From Malacoraja senta (lineage: Eukaryota): a DNA stretch of 64,000 nucleotides. Positions 13,416 to 28,246 of the stretch are shown in pieces. Each line of letters starts with the position of its first letter. Within the stretch, counting starts at the first letter, position 1. The stretch spans positions 434,001 to 498,000 of the forward strand of contig JAXLNO010000073.1 in the NCBI GenBank assembly GCA_038087875.1. The letters run 5' to 3'. The notes under the pieces are model-generated. The model searched no databases. It was not told where the DNA came from and worked only from the letters and a program-made list of their open reading frames with translations. A program made the position numbers and the translations under genes.

Positions 13416-13810
13416 CTAGTACGGGGAGCTTTTCCTGGTGACCCTGTAGATGTTGACCCCGAGGTTTGGGGTCTGGTAGACCAGCTGGCAATGGAAGAGC
13501 TCAGGGAGGAGGGTGGCGTAGAATTCCACGGCCCCCATCTTCTCGCTCATGACGGAGCTGAGGTAGATCACGGTCCGCCAATCGCTCAGGTGCAGGAGAG
13601 TCTTCAGCAGCAGGAGGAAGGTGCGCGGCTGGTAGACGATGTCGGAGCCCAGGATGATGTCGTAGTCTCTGGGGAACTGGTCCTCGTCCTCGCCCCAAGA
13701 CAGCGCGGCCACCTTGGGGCGGGGGATCATGGAGGGTGACACGTTTCTGGCCACGTTGCGTTCGATCTGACCCAGAACCTCGGGCTTGTCGGTCAAGGTC
13801 ACCACTCCCC
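13416..13810 (-). CDS. EEF1AKMT3: EEF1AKMT3-like terminal coding exon, proximal copy (395 bp)
   Basis: ttggcag acceptor; GGVVTLTD (post-I), LSWG, YDIILGSDIVY (motif II plus DxxY), VNIY, TAG stop. 213+112+395 = 720 nt open frame. Confidence 0.9.
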
Positions 13811-13934
13811 CTGCCAAACAGCGAGCGCGCCCGTCATTCACTGCGTCCTCAAACAGCCGCGCCCCACCACGCGGGGAGCTATGCGCACTCCGAGACTTGC
13901 CACCCAAGGGGCAAGGTGCCGGGGGAAGCAATGG

Positions 13935-16450
13935 GTCGGGCAGCATCCGTGGAGGGAATGGGCCGTCGACGTTTCGGGTCTGGACATCTGTCTACCTGTG
14001 CTGGGGATTGGACAGGCAAGATCTGGGGAGGGAATGGACAGATGGTTCGAGTTGAGACACCTGTCCATATTTGGATTGAATGGGACTGATGTTTCAGGTT
14101 GAAACACCTGTCCATCTTTGAGGGGATGAACAGATGTTTCAAATCAAGACATCTGTCCTTCAGGGAAAGGACTGCACAGGCATCATCTGGGGAGGGAATG
14201 GACAGATGTTTTGAGTCAAGATACCGGTCCATCTTTGAAGGGGATGGACAGATGCTTCAAGTTGAGACACCTTTCCACCTGGGAAGGGAATGTACAGGCA
14301 ACATCTGGGGAGGGAATGGACAGATGTTTTGAGTCAAGATACCGGTCCATCTTTGAAGGGGATGAACAGTTGCTTCAAGTTGAGACACATGGGAAGGGAA
14401 TGTACAGGCAACATTTGGGGAGGGAATGGACAGATGTTTTGAGTCAAGATACCTGTCCATCTTTGAAGGGGATGGACAGTTGCTTCAAGTTGAGACACCT
14501 GGGAAGGGAATGTACAGGCAACATTTGGGGAGGGAATGGACGGGTGTTTTGAGTCAAGGCATGTGCCCATCCTTGAAGTGGTGGACAGATGTTTCAAGTT
14601 GAGATAGATGTTTCAAGTTGAGACACCTGTCCATCTTTGGAAGCAATGTACAAAACTGTTGAGTTCAAGCACCTGTCCATCTGGTAAGGGTATGGAAGGC
14701 AACATCTGGGGAGGGGATGAGCAGATGTTTCGAGTTGACACGTCTGTTCATCTTTGTAGTGAACAGACAGATGTTTCAAGTCAAGGTATCTGGCCACCTT
14801 GAGAGGGGATGGACAGATCTTTCGAATTACGACACCTGTCCACGTTTGAAGGGAATGGACAGATGTTTCAAGTCAAGATGTCCATCTTTGAAGGGAATTA
14901 ACAGATATTTCCAATTGAGACACCAGTCCACCTTTGGAGAGAATGGACAGATGTTTCAAGTCAACACACCTGTCCATCTAAGGAGAAAACGGACAGATTT
15001 TTCAAGTCAAGACATCTGCCCACCGAGAGGCAATGGACAGATGCTTCGAGGCAAGGCACCTGTGCACCGGAAGAGGGCGTTGACAGGCAACGACTGCGGG
15101 GGTAATGGACAGATGTTTCAGATCGAGACACCTGTACGTCTGGATAGGGAATGGACGGATGTCTTGAATTGAGACACCTATCCGCCTTGAGAGGGAATGG
15201 ACAGGCAACAGCTGGGGAGGGAATGGACAGATGTTTGGTCAAGACACCTCACTATCTGGGGAGGTAATGGACAGATGCTTAGTCAAGACACCTGTCTCTC
15301 TGGGGAGGTAATGGACAGATGTTTTGAGTTGAGACACGTGGTCATGTGGGGAAGGAATAGACAAGCAATATCTGGGGAGGGAATGAACAGGTGTTTCACT
15401 TCAAGACAACTGTCCACCTGGGGAGGGAATTGACAGGCAACATCTGGGGAGGGGATGGACACATATGTTGAGTTGAGACACCTGCCCATCTTTGGAGTGG
15501 ATGGACAGATGTTTCGTCAAGACATCTGTCCATCTGAGGAGGAAATGGCCAGATGTTTCAAGTCAAGGCATCTGCCCAATCAGAGAGGGAATGGACAGAT
15601 GTTTTGAGTTGAAACACCAGTCCATCTTTGAAGGAATGGACAGGTGTTTTGAGTCCACACACCCATGCACATGGGGAGGGCATGGACAGGCAACATCTGG
15701 GGATGGCACGAACAGATGTTTCAAGTCAGGCATCTCTCCATCTTTGGAGGATACAGACAGATGTTTCAAGTCAAGATATCCGGCCACCCTGGGGAGGGGA
15801 TGGTCGAGACATTTGTCCAATTCACTGGATACATGTAAAAGAGAGTTAGATAGACCTCTAGGGTCTAGCGGAATCAAGGGATATGGGGAGAAGGCAGGCA
15901 CGGGTTATTGATTGTGGATGATCAGCCATGATCACAATGAATGGTGGTGCAGGCTCGAAGGGCCAAATGGCCTCCTCCTGAACCTATTTTCTATGTTTCT
16001 ATGTTTTAAGTCAAGACATCTGTCCATCTGGGGAGGTAATGGACAGATGTTTCAAGTCAAGACATCTGCCCACTCAGAGAGGGAATGGACAGATGGTTCG
16101 AGTTGAGACACCTGTGCACCTGGGGAGTGGATGTACATGCAACATCCGGGGATGGGATGGACAGATGTTTCAAGTCAAGGTACCTGTCCACCTGGGGAGG
16201 AAATGTACAGATGTTTCGAGTTGAGAATCCTGTCCATCAGTGGAGGCGATAGACAGATGTTTTAAGTCGAGACACCTGTACACCTGGAGAGGGAATGGAC
16301 AGGCAACATCTTGGGTGGCAGACAGATGTTTTTGTTCAAGACATCATGTTTGGTTCAAGACGTCCATGTCTTTGGGGAGCATAGACAGATGTTTTCAAGT
16401 TGAGATACCTGTGCACCTGAGCAGAGAGTGGACGGGCAGCATCTGTGGAT
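13935..16450. repeat. Degenerate palindromic minisatellite, copy B
   Basis: Collinear with 5690-7830, with extra units. Confidence 0.9.
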
Positions 16451-16636
16451 GGGGATCTGTAAAGAGTCAGAAGCTTTTTCCCGGGGTGTAAATGACCAAT
16501 ACTGGAGGGCAAAGCTATGATGAGTGGAGGGAAAGTTCAATGGAGATGTGCGGAGCAGGGCTTTGTACATGCAGGGTGATGGATGCTTGGAATGCGCTGC
16601 CAGGAGTGGCGGTGGAGGCAGATACAATAGTGGCGT

Positions 16637-17521
16637 ATGAGAATGCAGGGTGACTTGGACAGGTTGGGGGAGTGGGCAGATGCATGGCAGATGAAGTTTA
16701 ATGCGGATAAATGTGAGGCTATCCACTTTGGTAGCAAAAACAAGAAGGCAGATTACTATCTAAATGGCGTCAAGTTGGGAAAAGGGGAAGTACAACGGGA
16801 TCTGGGGGTCCTTGTACATCAGTCTATGAAAGTAAGCATGCAGGTACAGCAGGCCGTGAAGAAAGCGAATGGCATGTTGGCCTTTATAACAAGAGGAATT
16901 GAATATAGGCGCAAAGAGGTCCTTCTGCAGTTGTACAGAGCCCTAGTGAGACCACACCTGGAGTATTGTGTGCAGTTTTGTTCCCCTAATTTGAGGAAGG
17001 ACATTCTTGCTATTGAGGGAGTGCAGCGTAGGTTCACCAGGTTAATTCCCGGGATGGCGGGACTGTCATATGCTGAGAGAATGGAGCAGCTGGGCTTGTA
17101 CACTCTCGAGTTTAGAAGGATGAGAGGGTATCTCATTGAAACATATAAGACTGTTAAGGGCTTGGACACGCTAGAGGCAGGAAACATGTTCCCGATGTTG
17201 GGGGAGTCCAGAACCAGGGGCCACAGTTTAAGAATAAGGAGTAAGCCATTTAGAACGGAGATGAGGAAACACTTTTTCTCACAGAGATTTGTGAGTCTGT
17301 GGAATTCTCTGTCTCAGAGGGCGGTGGAGGCAGGTTCTCTGGATGCTTTCAAGAGAGAGCTAGATAGGGCTCTTAAAATAGAGGAGTCAGGGGATATGGG
17401 GAGAAGGCAGGACCGGGGTACTGATTGGGGATGATCAGCCATGATCACATTCAATGGCGGTGCTGGCTCGAAGGGCCAAATGGCCTCCTCCTGCACCTAT
17501 TGTCTGTTGTCTATTGTCTAT
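16637..17521 (+). mobile_element. CR1 (HER1-like) 3' portion, block-specific insertion
   Basis: LYRALVRPHLEYCVQF ORF, (ATTGTCT)n tail, TSD TGGCGT at 16631-16636 and 17522-17527; empty site near 7984. Confidence 0.9.
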
Positions 17522-20500
17522 TGGCGTGGAAGAGGCTTTTAGACAGGCATATACATGCGCAGAAAATAGAGGGATGTGGATCACTAACAGGCAGATGAGA
17601 TCAGTTTAACACGGCATCGTGTTGGGCACAACCATTGTGGGCCGAAGGGCCCCTTTCCTGTCCTGTACTGTTCTATAGACACAAAAAGCTGGAGTAACTC
17701 AGCGGGTCAGACAGTGTGACGCCTCGTCCCGAAAGGTCACCTATTCCTTCTCTCCGGAGATGCTGTCAGACCCGCTGAGTTACTCCAGCTTTTTGTGTCT
17801 ATCTTCGGTTTAAACCGGTATCTGTATTTCGTTCCTACACTATCCTGTTCTATGTTCTATAAACGGACAGACCACGTTTCAAGTCAAGACCCTTCTTCGG
17901 ACTTACAGCATAATAAAAGACATAGACAGAGTGGATGTGTTGAGGATGTTTCCACTGGTGGGAGAGGATAGGACCAGAGATCATAGACTCAGAATTAAAG
18001 GGCGCTCTTATAGAAAGGAGGTGAGGAGGAATATCTTTAGTCAGAGGGTAGTTAATCTGTGGATCTCATTGCCACAGAGGGCTGTGGAGGCCAAGTCAGA
18101 GGATATTTTTGAGGCCGAGATAGACAAATCCTTGATTAGAACGGGTGCCAAGGATTTTGGGGGAAAGCCATGGAAATTGGATTGGGAGGCAGAGATCAGC
18201 CACGATTGAATGGTGGTGTGGACTCGATGGGCCGAATGGCTCAATTCGACTCCTATAACTTGTGAACTTGTGACCGTCAGAAACGTCGCCTGTCCATGTC
18301 CATCCACAGATACTGCCTGAAGTTGCTGGTGGGATCCTCCAGCTCTCTGTTTTGTGAGTTATATACAAGTACATCAGCATAGACCAACGTGTCAGGGTAG
18401 ACTAAATGTGTGGGATGCTGGTTTAGACACAAAAAGCTGCAGTAACTCAGTGGGACAGTTTCAGGGACAGCTGCTATCAGGCAACTGAACCATCCTACCA
18501 ACAACTAGACAGCAGTGCTGAACTGCTATCGACCTCATTGGTGAACCTCGGACTATCTTTCATCGGACTTTACTGGACTTTATCCTGCACTAAACATTTA
18601 TCATGTATCTGTACACTGTGGACGGCTCGATTGTAATCATGTAACGTCTTCCCGCTGACTGGTTAGAACACAACAAAACCCATTCACCGTACCTCGGTAC
18701 ACGTGACAACAAACTATACTCAACTGAACTACACAACACTAAATTAAACTGAAGTAAATTAAATTCAACTGAACTGAATTAAACTAAACTAAATTAAAAC
18801 TACACTAAACTACACAAACTAATCTAAATAAAGAGATCTAACGGAATCAAGGGATATGTGTAGAAAGCAGGAACGGGGTACTGATTCTGGATGATCAGCC
18901 ATGATCATATTGAATGGCGGTACTGGCTCGAAGGGCAGGATGGCCTACTCCTGCACCTATTGTCCATGTTTCAATGTTTTGTAAATAAACTAAATTAAAC
19001 TAAACTAAACTAAACGACAGGGTAGGAAGGAACTGCAGATGTTGCTCTACACCAAAGATAGACACGAAATGCTGGAGAAATTCAGCGGGACATGCAGTAT
19101 CTCTGGAGAGATGGAATAGGTGACATATCGGGTCAAGTCTCTTCTTCACACTGAAGAAGGGTTTGAGTCTGCAGAAGGGTCTCAACCCGAAACGTCACCT
19201 ATTCCTTCTCTCCAGAGATGCTGCCTGTCCCGCTGAGTTACTCCAGCATTTTGTGTCGATCCGTGTTCTCCACAGATGCTGCCTGACCCGCTGAGTTGTT
19301 CTTATCCACGTTCTCCAGAGATGCTGCCTGACCCGCTGAGTTACTCCAGCACTATGTACCTGTCCACGTTCTCCAGAGATGCTGCCTGACCCGCTGAGTT
19401 ACTCCAACACTGTGTGTCTATAAACCAAAGGAATTATCTGTACACTGCTCGATTGTAATCATGTATTGTCTTTCCGCTGACTGGCTAGCACGCAACAAAA
19501 GCTTTTCACTGTACCTCGGTACACGTGACAATAAACTAAGGTCAAATAAACTGAAGGAAGAAGTTAAAAAGCTTGAGAATAAAGATGGGAATTTGTGCTT
19601 GTGCTTTTCCCATTCTAGTGGCGCAACGTTAGATTTGCAGCGCCAGAGACCCGGGTTCCATCCCGACTACGGGTGCTGTCTGTACGGTGTTTGCACCTTC
19701 TCCCCGTGGGGTTTTTCCGACATCTTTGGACAGATTTGTATGTTAATTGGCTTGGTGTGTGTGTAAATCGTCCCTTGTGCGGGGATCGCTGGTCGTGCGG
19801 GGATCGCCGAAGGGCCCGCTAACTATCCTACACTATCCTAGGGACAATTTTACATTTTTACACCAAGTCAATTCAACATAGAAAATAGGTGCAGGAGGAG
19901 CCATTCGGCCCTTCGAGCCAGCACCGCCATTCATTGTGATCATGGCTGGTCATCCCCTATCAATAACCCGTGCCTGCCTTCTCCCCATATCCCTTGACTC
20001 CACTAGCCCCTAGAGCTCTATCTAACTCTCTCTTAAATCCATCCAGTGACTTGGCCTCCACTGCCCTCTGTGGCACGGAATTCTACAAATTCACACTCTC
20101 TGGGCGAAAAAGTTTTTTCTCACCTCAGTCTTAAATGACCTCCCCTTTATTCTAAGACTGTGGCCCCTGGTTCTGGGACTGATGCAACATTGGGAACATT
20201 TTCCCTGCATCTAGCTTGTCCAGTCCTTTTATAATTTTACATGTTTCTATAAGATTCCCCCTCATCCTTCTAAACTCCAGTGAATACAACCCTAGTCTTT
20301 TCAATCTTTCCTCATATGACAGTCCCGCCATCCCAGGGATCAATCTCGTGAACCTACGCTGCACTGCCTCAATCACAAGGATGTCCTTCCTCAAATTAGG
20401 AGACCAAAACTGTACACAATACTCCAGATGTGGTCTTACCAGAGCCCTATACAACTGCAGAAGAATTGACCTACAAACCTACACGTCTTTGGAGAGTGGG

Positions 20501-20639
20501 AGGAAGCCGAAGATCTCGGAGAAAACCCACGCAGGTCACGGGGAGAACGTGCAAACTCCGTACAGACAGCACCCGTATTTGGGTCTCTGGCGCTGTGAGG
20601 CAGCAGCTCTACCCGCTGCGCCACTGAACTGCCCTTTTA

Positions 20640-20945
<306 letters not shown>

Positions 20946-20966
20946 TCACAGAGTCATGGAGTCTTA

Positions 20967-21819
20967 AGGTCCTGTCCCACTTCGGAGATTTCCACAGCAA
21001 CCTCTGGTGACCTTGCCTCCCACCCATGGTCGCTGCAAGGTCGCCACGAGGTCACAGGAGGTTTTGGTCACTCTCCCTAATGGTCGAAAGTGGTTTCCCC
21101 GTGGTCGAGGCTTCATCTGGGTTGCTGCTTTTTTTTCATCATGATTAAAACCGGCCTCGACTAAAAATAGGTCGCCGTTTGAAAAATCGATAATTTTTTA
21201 GTCGCTGGTCTAGCCGTAGCTGGTTGTGATGCTAGTCGTAGGTAGTCAAAGGAGGTCGAAGGGCAGTGGAGTGGGGTCGCTATTTACTTACAAGCAGTCG
21301 AAGGCAGCCGTGGGCAATCTCCTTCGCTGACCGGCCATTTTGATAGGCTCATTGGAGTTTCACGACCTAGAAGACGCACCGGTAGGTAAAATGCCCGCTA
21401 ACTATATTAAACTTCTTTAAACTGTCTCCACTCCTTCTCCCCCCATTCTCATTCCCTTCTCTCCCCTTCTCCCCCTCCTCTCCCCTTCTCTCCTTTCTCT
21501 CTCCCCTTCTCTCTCCTTCTCTCCCCTTCTCTCCCCTTCTCTCTCCTTCTCTCCCCTTCTCTCTCCTTCTCTCCCCTTCTCTCTCTCACCCCCCCCCCTA
21601 CCACCCCCGTGCTCTCTAAAGGACTTACCGTACTGAGTGTGTGTGTGTGTATGTGTGTGCGGTCTGTAGATGCAGCTGACGCTTCGGTCGATGCAGCTCG
21701 CGGTTTCAACGCGGCCGGTCCACTCAGCTCGAGGTTTTCCAGGCGAGTGCCCTCGAGCTTGAAGTTCGAAGGCGCTCTTCTGGACTCGCGGATTAGGTTG
21801 CCCAAGTGGGACAGCCCCT
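20967..21819. mobile_element. PIF/Harbinger-type MITE
   Basis: TIR AGG(T/G)(C/G)CTGTCCCACTT with TTA TSD at 20964-20966 and 21820-21822. Confidence 0.8.
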
Positions 21820-21824
21820 TTAGA

Positions 21825-22590
21825 CTCTTAGAGTCCTCAGAGTCTTAGAGAGTCTTAGAGTCACAGAGTCATAGAGTCGCAGAATCGCAGTCACAGAGTC
21901 ACAGAGACACAGAGACACAGAGACACAGAGACAGAGTCACAGAGACACAGAGTCACAGAGACACAGACACATAGTCACAGAGTCACAGAGTCACTCAGTC
22001 ACAGAGACACAGGGACACAGAGAGACAGTCACACAGTCACACACAGAGACGCAGAGACAGTCACAGTCACAGAGTCACAGAGACACAGTCACAGAGACAC
22101 AGAGACACAGAGTCACAGAGAGACAGAGACACAGAGACACAGAGTCACAGAGTCACAGAGACACAGAGACACAGAGACACAGAGACACAGAGAGACAGTC
22201 ACAGAGTCACACACAGAGACGCAGACACAGAGTCACAGAGACACAGACACAGAGACGCAGAGACACAGAGACACAGACACAGAGACACAGACACAGAGAC
22301 ACAGAGAAACAGAGACACAGACACAGAGTCACAGAGTCACTCAGTCACAGAGTCACAGAGTCACTCAGTCACAGAGACACAGAGACACAGACACAGAGTC
22401 ACAGAGACAAAGAGACACAGAGACACAGAGACACAGAGACACAGAGTCACAGAGACACAGAGACACAGAGTCACAGAGACACAGAGACACAGAGTCACAG
22501 AGACACAGAGTCACAGAGACACAGAGACACAGAGACACAGAGACACAGTCACAGAGACACAGAGTCACAGATACATGGAGTTATAGAGTT
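21825..22590. repeat. (ACAGAGAC/ACAGAGTC)n compound microsatellite, expanded CR1 tail
   Basis: Directly visible; contiguous with a minus-strand CR1 3' end at about 22590-22820. Confidence 0.92.
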
Positions 22591-23584
22591 ATAGAGCATG
22601 GAGACAGGCCCTCCGGCCCATGTTGCCCACACCAACCAACACGTCCCATCTACACTAGTCTCACCTGCCTGCTTTTGGTCCATACCCCTCCAAACCTGTC
22701 CTATCCATATACCTGTCTAATTGTTTCTCAAACATTGCAATCATCCCAGCCTCATTTACCACCTCTGGCAGCTCGTTCCATACACCCACCACCCTCTGTG
22801 TGAAAAAGTTACCCCTCAGGTTCCTGATTGTGGCTGATCAGCCATGATCACAGTGAATGGCGGTGCTGGCTCGTAGGGCCAAAATACCTACTCCTGCACC
22901 TATTGTCTATTGTCTATTGTCTATGAAATCTTTTCCCCTCACCTTTAACCTTTGTCCTCTGGTTCTTCATTCCCCTACTATGCGCATGAGACACTGTGGG
23001 TCTACCTGATTTTGTAAACCTCTATAATATCACCCCTCATCCTCCTACACTGAATAATAGTCCCAGCCTGCGCAACCTCACCCTATAGTCCGGGCCCTCG
23101 AGTCCTGGTACCATCCTGGTAAATCTTCTCTGTGCACTTTCCAGCTTGATAACATCTTTCCTATAACATGGTGCCCAGATCCGAACACAATACTCTGAAT
23201 GTGGCCTCACCAACGTCTTATACAAATGCAACTTAACCTCCCAACTTCTATACTCAATACTGTGACTGAAGATTTGGGGGAAGTATGTTAGCAAGGATGT
23301 TGGGGAGATACTGTACATAGAGTATTTTTCTCCAGAGTAGAAGATAGGTTTAAGGTGAGAGGGGAAAGATTTAATAGGAACCTGAGGGGAATTTTTTTCA
23401 CTTATCAATTGGACTTCACTGGACTTTATCTTGCCCCAAACGTTATTCCCTTTAGCCTGTATCTGTACACTGTGGACGGCTAAATTGTAATCATGTATTG
23501 TCTTTCCGCTGACTGGATGGCGCGCAACAGAAAAGCTTTTCACCGTACTTTGGTATACGTGATAATAAACTTAATTAAACTTTG

Positions 23585-24200
23585 GGCGGCACAGTGGCGC
23601 AGCGATAGAGTTGCTTCCTTACAGCGCCAGAGACCAGGGTTCGATGCTGACTACGGGTGCTGTCTGTACGGAGTTTGCATGTTTTCCCTGTGACCACGTG
23701 GGTTTTCTCCGGGTGCTCCGGTTTCCTCCCACATCCTAAGATATACAGGTTTGTACGTTAATTGGCATCGGTAAAAATTCCCCGTACTACTCCGTGTATG
23801 AGGATCGCTGGTCGGAGTAAACTTGGTGAGTCAACGCGCCTGTTTCCGCATTGTAGTTGAGTGTAATTTAGAGAAACTGGACGGAAACAGGCCCTTCGGC
23901 CCACCGAGTCCGAGCCTACCAGCGATCCCCACACACTAACACTGCCCTACACACGCACTGGGGACAATTTACAATTATACCAAGCCAATCAACCTACAAA
24001 CCTGTACGTCTTTGGAGTGTGGGAGGAAACCAGAGCATCTGGAGAAAACGCACACAGTTCACGGGGAGAACGTGCAAACTCCGTACAGACAGCACCCGTG
24101 GTCAGGATGGAACCCGGTTCTCTGGCGCTGTGAGGCAGCAGCTCTACCCGCTGCGCCACCGTCCCACTCTTTAAAACCTAAACTAAACTAAACTAAACTA
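23585..24200. mobile_element. Tail-to-tail pair of HE1-type SINEs
   Basis: About 23585-23860 (+) and 23880-24165 (-); A/B boxes and the central TTTCTCCGGGTGCTCCGGTTTCCTCCCAC domain. Confidence 0.8.
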
Positions 24201-24604
24201 AGTTTGGCTTGAGTGTATTGATGTCCAGTATTATTTGATCTGAATGGATAGCATGTAAAGCAAAACTTTTCACTGTACCTCAGTGCACATGACCATAATA
24301 AACCTACACCTACAGTAAATGATGTGCGTTTCCCAGTGGAATCTGGCCATTGCCTGTGCGATGGGACGGGATGAGAGTGAATGTGCAGGAAGGAACTGCA
24401 GATGCTGGTTTGCATCGATGATAAACACAAAATGCCAGAGAAACTCAGTGGGACAGGCAGCATCTCTGGAGAGAAGGAATGGGTGACGTTTCGGGTCGAG
24501 ACCCTTCTTCAAACTGACAGTCAAGGGAGAGGGGGACTTAGAGATATGGATGGGTAAGGTGTGAAAACACAGGTCATATGGGGACCATGATCACCTGAGC
24601 TATA

Positions 24605-27118
24605 GTCAAGTCAAGTCAAGTCACATTTATTTATATAGCACATTTAAAACAACTCTCGTTGGCCAAAGTGCTTTACATTTGTTATAAGAATAGTATAAAC
24701 AAACAAACTACATACATATATACATGTAGCCCTCGCTCAGAGGACGTCAGGAAAGGTTTGGGAGTATAGATAAGTTTTTAGTCTTGACTTAAAAGAGTCG
24801 ATGGAGGGGGCGGTTCTGATGGGAAGGGGGATGCTGTTCCAGTCTAGGAGCTGCAACCGCAAAGGCGCAGTCGCCCCTGAGCTTATGCCTAGACCGTGGG
24901 ATATTCAGCAACCCCAAGTCGGATGATCTGAGGGGCCTGGAGGTGGAGTGGTGGGTGAGAAGACTCTTTATGTAGGTGGGGGCAAGCCCATTGAGGGCTT
25001 TGTAGACATGGAGGAGGATCTTGAAGTTTATACGGAACCGCACAGGGAGCCAGTGGAGAGAGGCCATGATCGAGGTGATGTGGTCCCTTTTTCGGGTGCC
25101 CGTCAGGAGTCTCGCTGCGGCGTTTTGGACCAGTTGCAGGCGGGACAGGGAAGATTGGCTGATGCCAGTGTAAAGGGAGTTGCAGTAATCTAGGCGGGAG
25201 GAGATGAATGTGTGGATGATCTTTTCGAGGTCATCAAAGTGGAGGAATTGTTTTATTTTAGCTATCGTCCGAAGCTGAAAGAAGCTAGCTTTTACCACGG
25301 CATTGACTTGTTTGTCAAATTTCAGTGCTGAGTCAAATATCACGCCAAGGTTTTTGACGTGAGGTTTGAGTAGTGGGGTAAGGCTTCCAAGGCTGCCTGC
25401 TATCATTTTGATTGAGTCCGAGGGGCCGAGAAGGATGACCTCAGACTTACTCTCGTTTAGTTGGAGGAAGTTCTGGGCCATCCAACACTTTATATCCTCG
25501 AGGCAGTGGGTAAGGTTAAGCTGATTTGATTGGTTTTTGGGCTTCAGGGGGAGATAGAGTTGTGTATCGTCTGCGTAGCAATGGAAGGAAATGCCGTGCC
25601 TTTGAATGACTTGGCCTAAGGGGAGCATATACAGGGAGAAGTGAATGGGACCAAGGATGGAACATTGTGGAACCCCACAGCAGAGATTAGCTGGGGAGGA
25701 GAATGAGTTGCCTATGTTAGTCGAGAAACTCCTACCTTTGAGGTAGGAGATGAACCAGCTCAGGGCAGTGCCATCAATACCAACCCCATACCGGAGACGG
25801 TCAATTAGGATGGTGTGGTCGACAGTATCAAATGCTGCACTGAGGTCAAGAAGGAGCAGAATTGCACAGTCGCCGGAGTCAACGGTGAGCAGTAGGTCAT
25901 TGTGTACCTTCAACAAGGCAGACTCTGTGCTATGGTGAGCCCTGAAACCTGATTGGAAATTTCCAAGATAGTATTTTGGTGAAGGTAAGGTATAAGTTGA
26001 CTTAAAATTACCTTTTCAAGGGCTTTTGAGAGGAAAGGCAGTTTAGAAATGGGTCTGTAGTTGCTTGGCAAGGTGGGGTCGAGGTTAGGTTTTTTCAGGA
26101 GTGGTTGGACCACCGCATGCTTGAAGCAGGTAGGTACAGTGCCAGTGGCCAGAGAGCTGTTGAAGATGGCGAGGATGCTGGGACCAGCTGTTGTAATGAC
26201 GTCCTTTAGGAGGGCAGAGGGGACAGTGTCGAGGGGGCAGGTAGTAGGTTTCATGGTGGTGATCAGTTTTACAAGGGAGGGTAGAGTAACGGGTTGGAAA
26301 CAGTCTAATTTTGAAGAGCAGACCAATGAGACAGCCAGGTCACGGGTGGGAGGGGAAATCTTCGTTCTTATGTTCTTTACCTTGCTGGTGTAAAATGTGA
26401 TAAATTCCTCGCACTTAGCAGGGGACCCAGTTAGGCTGGTGCTGGTGGCAGGACAGATGATGGAGGTGATGGTGCTAAAGAGGACCTTGGGATTTTGCGC
26501 GTTTTTGGAGATAAGGGTGGAAAAGTATTTAGTTCTTGCAGATTTTACTACTTCCTGGTATTTGACAAGATTATTTTTCAGGAGTTCAAAGGAAATTTGA
26601 AGCTTATCAGATTTGTACTTCCGTTCTGATTTTCTGCATTCTCTTCTTAGGGCTCTGGTGGTATCATTGAGCCACGGCTCGCCTTTAGGCTTAGGCTCTT
26701 TTCATTTTAAGAGGAGCAACAGAATCCAGGACGGAAAAGCAGGTATTATTGAATAGAGAAATTAGGTCGTCGGTACTGAGATGAGGGGTGGATGCCTCAA
26801 TAGTGCAGATGTAGGGGGCGGCTATGAGAGCCTCAGAGAACTTACGTAGAGTTAACGTAGCGGGAGTACCGAGCAGGGAGATGGGATTTTGAGGGAGAGA
26901 AAGGCAGAGATATATCGAATATAATAGCACTATGATCAGGCATCAATAATATCTGTGTTACAAGTTGGGAGACCAGACTAAAGCACTAGGTCTAGTGTAT
27001 GGCCAAGCATGTGCGTGGGTCCAGTGGTGAGTAGAGACAGATTGAAGGACTCAACCAGGTTCATACATTCACTCACAAGAGGCTTCGTGGGACAGCGAAC
27101 ATGAATGAGGGAGAGGTT
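24605..27118 (-). mobile_element. L2-clade LINE, 5'-truncated, frameshifted
   Basis: LLDLSAAFDTVDH, GVPQ.SILGP, YADDTQLY, SRLDYCNSL, LQLVQNAAAR, LHWLPV motifs; (TTGAC)n tail at about 24605-24623. Confidence 0.9.
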
Positions 27119-27649
27119 GACTGAGCTACAGGGAGAGGTTGAATAGGCTGGGTCTCTATTCCTTGGAGCGCAGGAGGATGAGGGGTGATCTTTATAGAGG
27201 TGTATAAAATCATGAGAGGAATAGATCGGGTAGACGCACAGAGTCTCTTGCCCAGAGTAGAGGAATCGAGGACCAGAGGACATAGGTTCAAGGTGAAGGG
27301 GAAAAGATTTAATAGGAATCTGAGGGGTAACTTTTCCACACAAAGGGTGGTGGGTGTATGGAACGAGCTGCCAGAGGAGGTAGTTGAGGCTGCGACTATC
27401 CCAAGGTTTAAAAAAACAATTAAACAGGTACATGGATAGGACGGGTTTGGAGGGATATGGGCCAAATGAGGGCTGGTGGGACTAGTGTAGATGGGACATG
27501 TTGGGCATGGTGGTGTGGGCAAGTTGGGCCAAAGGGCCTGTTTCCACGCTGTATCTCTCTTTGATTCTATGAATCTATGAAAATGCAGTATGGCTCACTG
27601 TTAGCTGAGGGCAATGTTGCAATAATGCATACAATTAGTTAAATACAAT

Positions 27650-28246
27650 AACTTGTACCTCCTCCAACCTCATCTACTGTATCTGTTATTCAAGGTGTGG
27701 ACTCTCATACACTGAACACCTCCGCTCAGTCCGCCTGGACCTACCTGATCTCCCGGTTGCCAAACACTTTAACTCCCCCTCCCATTCCCACACTGACCTT
27801 TCTGTCCTGGGCCTCCTCCATTGTCAGAGTGAGGCCCAGCGCAAATTGGAGGAACAGCATCTCATATTTCGCTTGGGCAGCTTACATCCCAGCGGTATGA
27901 ACATTGACTTCTCTAACTTCAAGTAACCCCGGCATTCCCCCTCTCTCTCCATCCCTCCCCCACCCAAGTCGCACCAGTTTCAAAGACGTCTAGTTGAGAC
28001 TCTTTGTCTGTAACTCGTTTTCACCCAACAAACAGCTAACAATGGCCTGTTTCCTTTATTACTGTTACTTTTTTGCATATCTTTCATTCATTTATTCTCC
28101 CTCTACGTCACCATCTTGTTCTATATCTCTCGCTTCCCTCTCCACTGACTATCAGTCTGAAGATAGGTCTCGACCCGAAACGTCACCAGTTCATTTTCTC
28201 CAGAGAGGCTGCCTGTGCCACTGAGTTACTCCAGCTTTTAGTGTCT
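27650..28246 (+). mobile_element. Penelope-like 3' fragment (deleted copy)
   Basis: Homologous to 35965-36555. Confidence 0.82.
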
